A stretch of 64,000 nucleotides of DNA from Candidatus Multivoradales bacterium. Lineage in GTDB: Bacteria; Acidobacteriota; Thermoanaerobaculia; Multivoradales; Multivoraceae. Each line of letters starts with the position of its first letter. The first letter of the stretch is position 1. Shown here piece after piece: positions 60,913 through 64,000 of this stretch. Where the stretch lies: assembly GCA_965223325.1 (NCBI GenBank), contig CBDCWI010000002.1, positions 3,712,001-3,776,000 of the forward strand, in the 5' to 3' direction. The position numbers were made by a program, and so were the translations under genes. The notes below the pieces were generated by a model. That model saw nothing but the letters and a program-made list of their open reading frames with translations. It ran no database searches and was not told the origin of the DNA.

Positions 60913-62163
60913 TCAGGCGCCGTACTTGGCGAGTTTCCCTGCGTTGGCCAGCATCAACCCCATCAAGTCACACGACCGAAGCGTTCCCAAATGCCCCTTG
61001 ATCACCTGCAGCTCATCGAAACGTTCGGTCTCATCGATGAAGCAGTGCGATCCGTGCAGCAGAAGCGGGATGGGGTGCCAGCTGTGGGCTTTCATCGGCG
61101 CTGGAGTCGAGTGATCACCAGTGATCGCCATGACGTCCGGGTCGAGGGCCAGAAGGCGTGGCAGGTCACGGTCGACCTCTTCGAGCACCGCCACCTTGGC
61201 GGCGATGTCTCCATCTTCACCGGCCTGGTCGGTTTGTTTGACGTGCAGAAAGAGGAAGTCGAAATCTTTCCAGCGTGGCTCGACGGCATCGACCAGGTTG
61301 GAGAAGCGCTTGCCGCAGTCGACGACTTCCATGCCGCAGGCGCCGGCGACACCCCGATAGAGCGGGTAGCCCGCGAAGCAGCCCGGGCGCAGTTTGTAGA
61401 GCTCGGGAAAGGACGCCAGATGAGGCGGCTTGGAAAAGCCCCGCAACAAAAAGCTGTTGGCAGCCGCTTCGTCGGCAAGCGTTTCGCGCATCAGCTCGAT
61501 GACGGGAGCGAGGCGCCGGACGGTCTGTGCGGCGGTTTCCTCCGACTCCTCTTCAGCACGGATGGGAAGCGGCGCGAACCCGGTGCGCTGGGGGTCGGTG
61601 TCTGCCAGCGCGGCCGAAAGCTCGGCTTCCGGGTGGGAGATCAACAAGACAAACCGATAGCCCTCGCCGGAATGGATGTCGACCTCGAGGCCATCGGAAA
61701 CCGCGGAGGCGCGCTCGGCGAGAATCGGGCGAAGCTTGTTGCAGAGGCGGACGCACTCTTCAGTTGGTATCCGCCCGGCGCGGCGATCGGTCAACTTGCC
61801 TTCGGCATCGACGGTGGCGAAGTTGCCGCGCGCTGCGACCGTGTCTCTGGCAACCTCGAGTCCGAGACCGAGGGCTTCGAGAACGCCGCGCCCGATGTCG
61901 ACCTCTGGACGCGTCGGGTCGTAGCCGAAGAGTCCGAGATGACCGGGGCCGCTACCTGGAGTCACCCCGGCCTGGACGGCTTCGAGACGCCCGAGCGCCG
62001 AGCGTTTTGCGAGGGCGTCGAGGTTGGGGGTGTTGGCCGTCTCGAGCGCAGTCTTGGGCTGCGTGGCGCTACGCAGGTCACCAACACCGTCGAGAACCAG
62101 GAGAACGATGCGACTGTCGGTCTGGCGGGCAAGGCCGGCGAGGAGTTCGTGTCGAGGGTCCAT
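60913..62163 (-). CDS. apgM: 2,3-bisphosphoglycerate-independent phosphoglycerate mutase, archaeal/ApgM type
   Basis: VLDGVGD, TALE.A.TPNLD, TPGSGPGHL.LFGYDP, GRGVLEALG, RGNFAT, DRRAGRI, HVK.TD.AGEDG, TGDHSTP, HSWHP. Confidence 0.9.
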   Translation of the reverse strand: MDPRHELLAGLARQTDSRIVLLVLDGVGDLRSATQPKTALETANTPNLDALAKRSALGRLEAVQAGVTPGSGPGHLGLFGYDPTRPEVDIGRGVLEALGLGLEVARDTVAARGNFATVDAEGKLTDRRAGRIPTEECVRLCNKLRPILAERASAVSDGLEVDIHSGEGYRFVLLISHPEAELSAALADTDPQRTGFAPLPIRAEEESEETAAQTVRRLAPVIELMRETLADEAAANSFLLRGFSKPPHLASFPELYKLRPGCFAGYPLYRGVAGACGMEVVDCGKRFSNLVDAVEPRWKDFDFLFLHVKQTDQAGEDGDIAAKVAVLEEVDRDLPRLLALDPDVMAITGDHSTPAPMKAHSWHPIPLLLHGSHCFIDETERFDELQVIKGHLGTLRSCDLMGLMLANAGKLAKYGA

Positions 62164-62190
62164 GGGCTCTTTCTCTGGGGAGCGAAGGTC

Positions 62191-62625
62191 TCAGGAAACG
62201 AAGTAGGCGTGGCAGCGCACCTGGACCCGGGTCCGCGGTTCGAGCCCTGCTCCACACAGGGCAAGCGCAGTCGACTCGGCCAGTACGGGAAGCAGCACCC
62301 AGCCGTCGAAGCGACCATCGGAGCTGTAGGGCGGAACGACCGGCTCGACCTCGGACACCCGCATCCAATGCTCGCCCTTTGGGTCGAACGAGGCATGAAG
62401 CTCGATGTAGGCGCGGTCGAGATCGATTGCCTTCTCGGCTGACGGGTGCCATACCGAACAGGCGAAACGGTACTCGTCCCACTTTGCAGTTTCGATTCGT
62501 GCCTTTCCGCCGGCCAGGAGCGGTAAACGGAAGTTGCCCCGCGCGTCGGTCGCGAAGACTTCGCTCGTGCGGTCGAAGTCGACCTGGTGAGGAGGGGCAG
62601 CATTGGCTGGGCGGTTTGGCATCAA
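62191..62625 (-). CDS. hypothetical protein
   Basis: 144-aa ORF overlapping the aldolase stop and filling the gap to apgM on the same strand; no recognised motif. Confidence 0.55.
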   Translation of the reverse strand: MMPNRPANAAPPHQVDFDRTSEVFATDARGNFRLPLLAGGKARIETAKWDEYRFACSVWHPSAEKAIDLDRAYIELHASFDPKGEHWMRVSEVEPVVPPYSSDGRFDGWVLLPVLAESTALALCGAGLEPRTRVQVRCHAYFVS

Positions 62626-63296
62626 CGCGCACTCACCTCCGAGACGGCGCCGCGTGCGAGGCTGAGCGCTCGTCTGATGCGGCTGAGACTCTCGTCTTCG
62701 GTTGCGCCGAGGAGCGGTCCTCCGATGCCGAAAGCCCGGGCGCCGGCGTCACGATAGGCAGGAACGTCCTCAATGTCGAAACCGCCTCCGGCGAGCATCG
62801 GCACGTCGAGGTCTCCCAGGGGTTGGCGGACGACCGATAGGTAGCCCGGCCCGCCGACGGGTGGCAAAGGATAGACCTTGATGAGGTCGGCGCCGAGCTC
62901 CCAGGCGTTGACGATCTCGGTGGCAGAAAGCGCCCCCATCACCAGATAGAGGTCGTGGCTCTTGGCCACTTCGGCGACGCCCGCATGAGTGTTGGGCGAG
63001 ACGATGAACTCGGAACCGACGCCCGCAGTTGCCTCGGCTCGCGCTCGCGTGGTCACGGTGCCCATGCCGATGTAGGGTGGCCCGTCGCCTTCGCGCTCGC
63101 CGAGTAGTTCCCCTACGACCTCGAGCGCTCCAGGAACCGACCAGGTGACTTCGATGATCTCGAGACCACCGCGCACGAACAGGCGCGCCTGCCTGAGCGC
63201 CTCTTCCGCGGTTTCGGTGCGAACGACGGCACAAATCGGTGAACGCTCGACCGCGTTGCGCACGGCACTTCGGCGCACGGCGTTCGCAAGCTTCAT
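62622..63296 (-). CDS. eda: KDPG/KHG aldolase family protein
   Basis: AVVR, IEVT, G.GTV, FIVSP, GALSATE, IKVYP (Schiff-base Lys), GPGYL, GG. Confidence 0.82.
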   Translation of the reverse strand: MKLANAVRRSAVRNAVERSPICAVVRTETAEEALRQARLFVRGGLEIIEVTWSVPGALEVVGELLGEREGDGPPYIGMGTVTTRARAEATAGVGSEFIVSPNTHAGVAEVAKSHDLYLVMGALSATEIVNAWELGADLIKVYPLPPVGGPGYLSVVRQPLGDLDVPMLAGGGFDIEDVPAYRDAGARAFGIGGPLLGATEDESLSRIRRALSLARGAVSEVSAR

Positions 63297-63415
63297 CGAG
63301 ATGTCAGGCTCCGGTTCGAAGGGGAGTTCAGGAGCGGCTGTTTGTGCGCTTCCGGGGGTGCTCTGGGGAACGCGAGTGTATCATCGGGGTTCTGTTTCAC
63401 TGACCCCGATTTGCG

Positions 63416-63718
63416 TTGACCAACCTTCCCCAACATGTCTTTTTGATCGTCAGTGGCAGCGGTCCGCTGCTCATCTTGACGACCTACCCGGAAGCGGGAG
63501 ATCCGCATCTGAAGAGCAAGTTGTCGTCGCGCGGCATCGAGCATTACCTCGCCTACGAGATCGATCCAGCGGTCGCCGCCGAGCGCTACACCACAACCTG
63601 GGACGCGGTGGCGAAGGATCTCGGAACCGTCGAAGACATCAGAGTGCTCGACTTCAATGGCCACCAGATCATGGCCAACTTCGCCCTCTCCGAGCTCGGT
63701 GAACCAACGAAGGCCTAG
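63416..63718 (+). CDS. small hypothetical protein
   Basis: [12 protein letters not shown]...KL...GI...AYE......ERY......DL....[10 protein letters not shown] pattern, resembling a small conserved cytosolic family; TTG start uncertain. Confidence 0.7.
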   Translation: MTNLPQHVFLIVSGSGPLLILTTYPEAGDPHLKSKLSSRGIEHYLAYEIDPAVAAERYTTTWDAVAKDLGTVEDIRVLDFNGHQIMANFALSELGEPTKA

Positions 63719-64000
63719 GTGATCGCTTCGGCGATCGGATCCAGGCCGGCCCAGGCGAGCAGTTCGCGCACCAGGGGTAGCGGAAGCCCGACGACGTTCG
63801 AGTAGTTGCCTTCGATGCTCTCGATGAAGAGGGCGGCCTTGCCCTGGATGCCGTAGGCGCCGGCCTTGTCGGCCGGCTCACCGGTGGTGATGTACCAATC
63901 GATTTCGTTCCGCGTCAGGGCCTTGAACCACACTCCGGTCGTCGCGACGGCGCTGTTGGACGTACCACTCGTTTCGCCCCAGGCCGAGCACACCGACACC
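63715..64000 (-). CDS. maf: Maf family nucleoside triphosphate pyrophosphatase (5' end outside window)
   Basis: [20 protein letters not shown]...[12 protein letters not shown]. Confidence 0.92.
   Translation of the reverse strand, partial: VSVCSAWGETSGTSNSAVATTGVWFKALTRNEIDWYITTGEPADKAGAYGIQGKAALFIESIEGNYSNVVGLPLPLVRELLAWAGLDPIAEAIT

Overview
GC-rich bacterial chromosomal segment. The Oar-type TonB receptor, CRTAC1/ASPIC protein and C-terminal 'FxDxFESG' motif suggest Acidobacteriota, possibly Thermoanaerobaculia; this is an inference. Layout: (1) 1-13.1 kb, dcw cell-wall/division cluster murE-murF-mraY-murD-ftsW-murG-murC-ftsQ-ftsA-ftsZ. (2) A Ser/Thr kinase with a degenerate Gly-loop, a fused E1 alpha/beta 2-oxoacid dehydrogenase, and a 54-aa ORF missing from the ORF track. 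(3) The main finding, a tightly coupled ~22 kb respiratory gene run (17.9-40.1 kb): narK2, NarC-like dihaem cytochrome c, narGHJI (resembling the cytoplasmic Nitrobacter-type NXR/Nar branch), Alternative Complex III actABCDEF, narK1 with a ~90-aa inserted domain, a putative cytochrome b/multihaem c fusion, and a CRTAC1-like beta-propeller. (4) Secreted peptidases, a thiolase-like protein, an amidohydrolase, a TonB-dependent receptor and a CARDB-DUF1566 protein. (5) ICL2-type isocitrate lyase, a spermidine-synthase-like membrane protein, argS, a divergent macrodomain, DUF2853, apgM, an eda-like aldolase and partial maf. No rRNA, tRNA, CRISPR array or mobile element was recognised. All family calls come from motif recognition by eye, not database searches.
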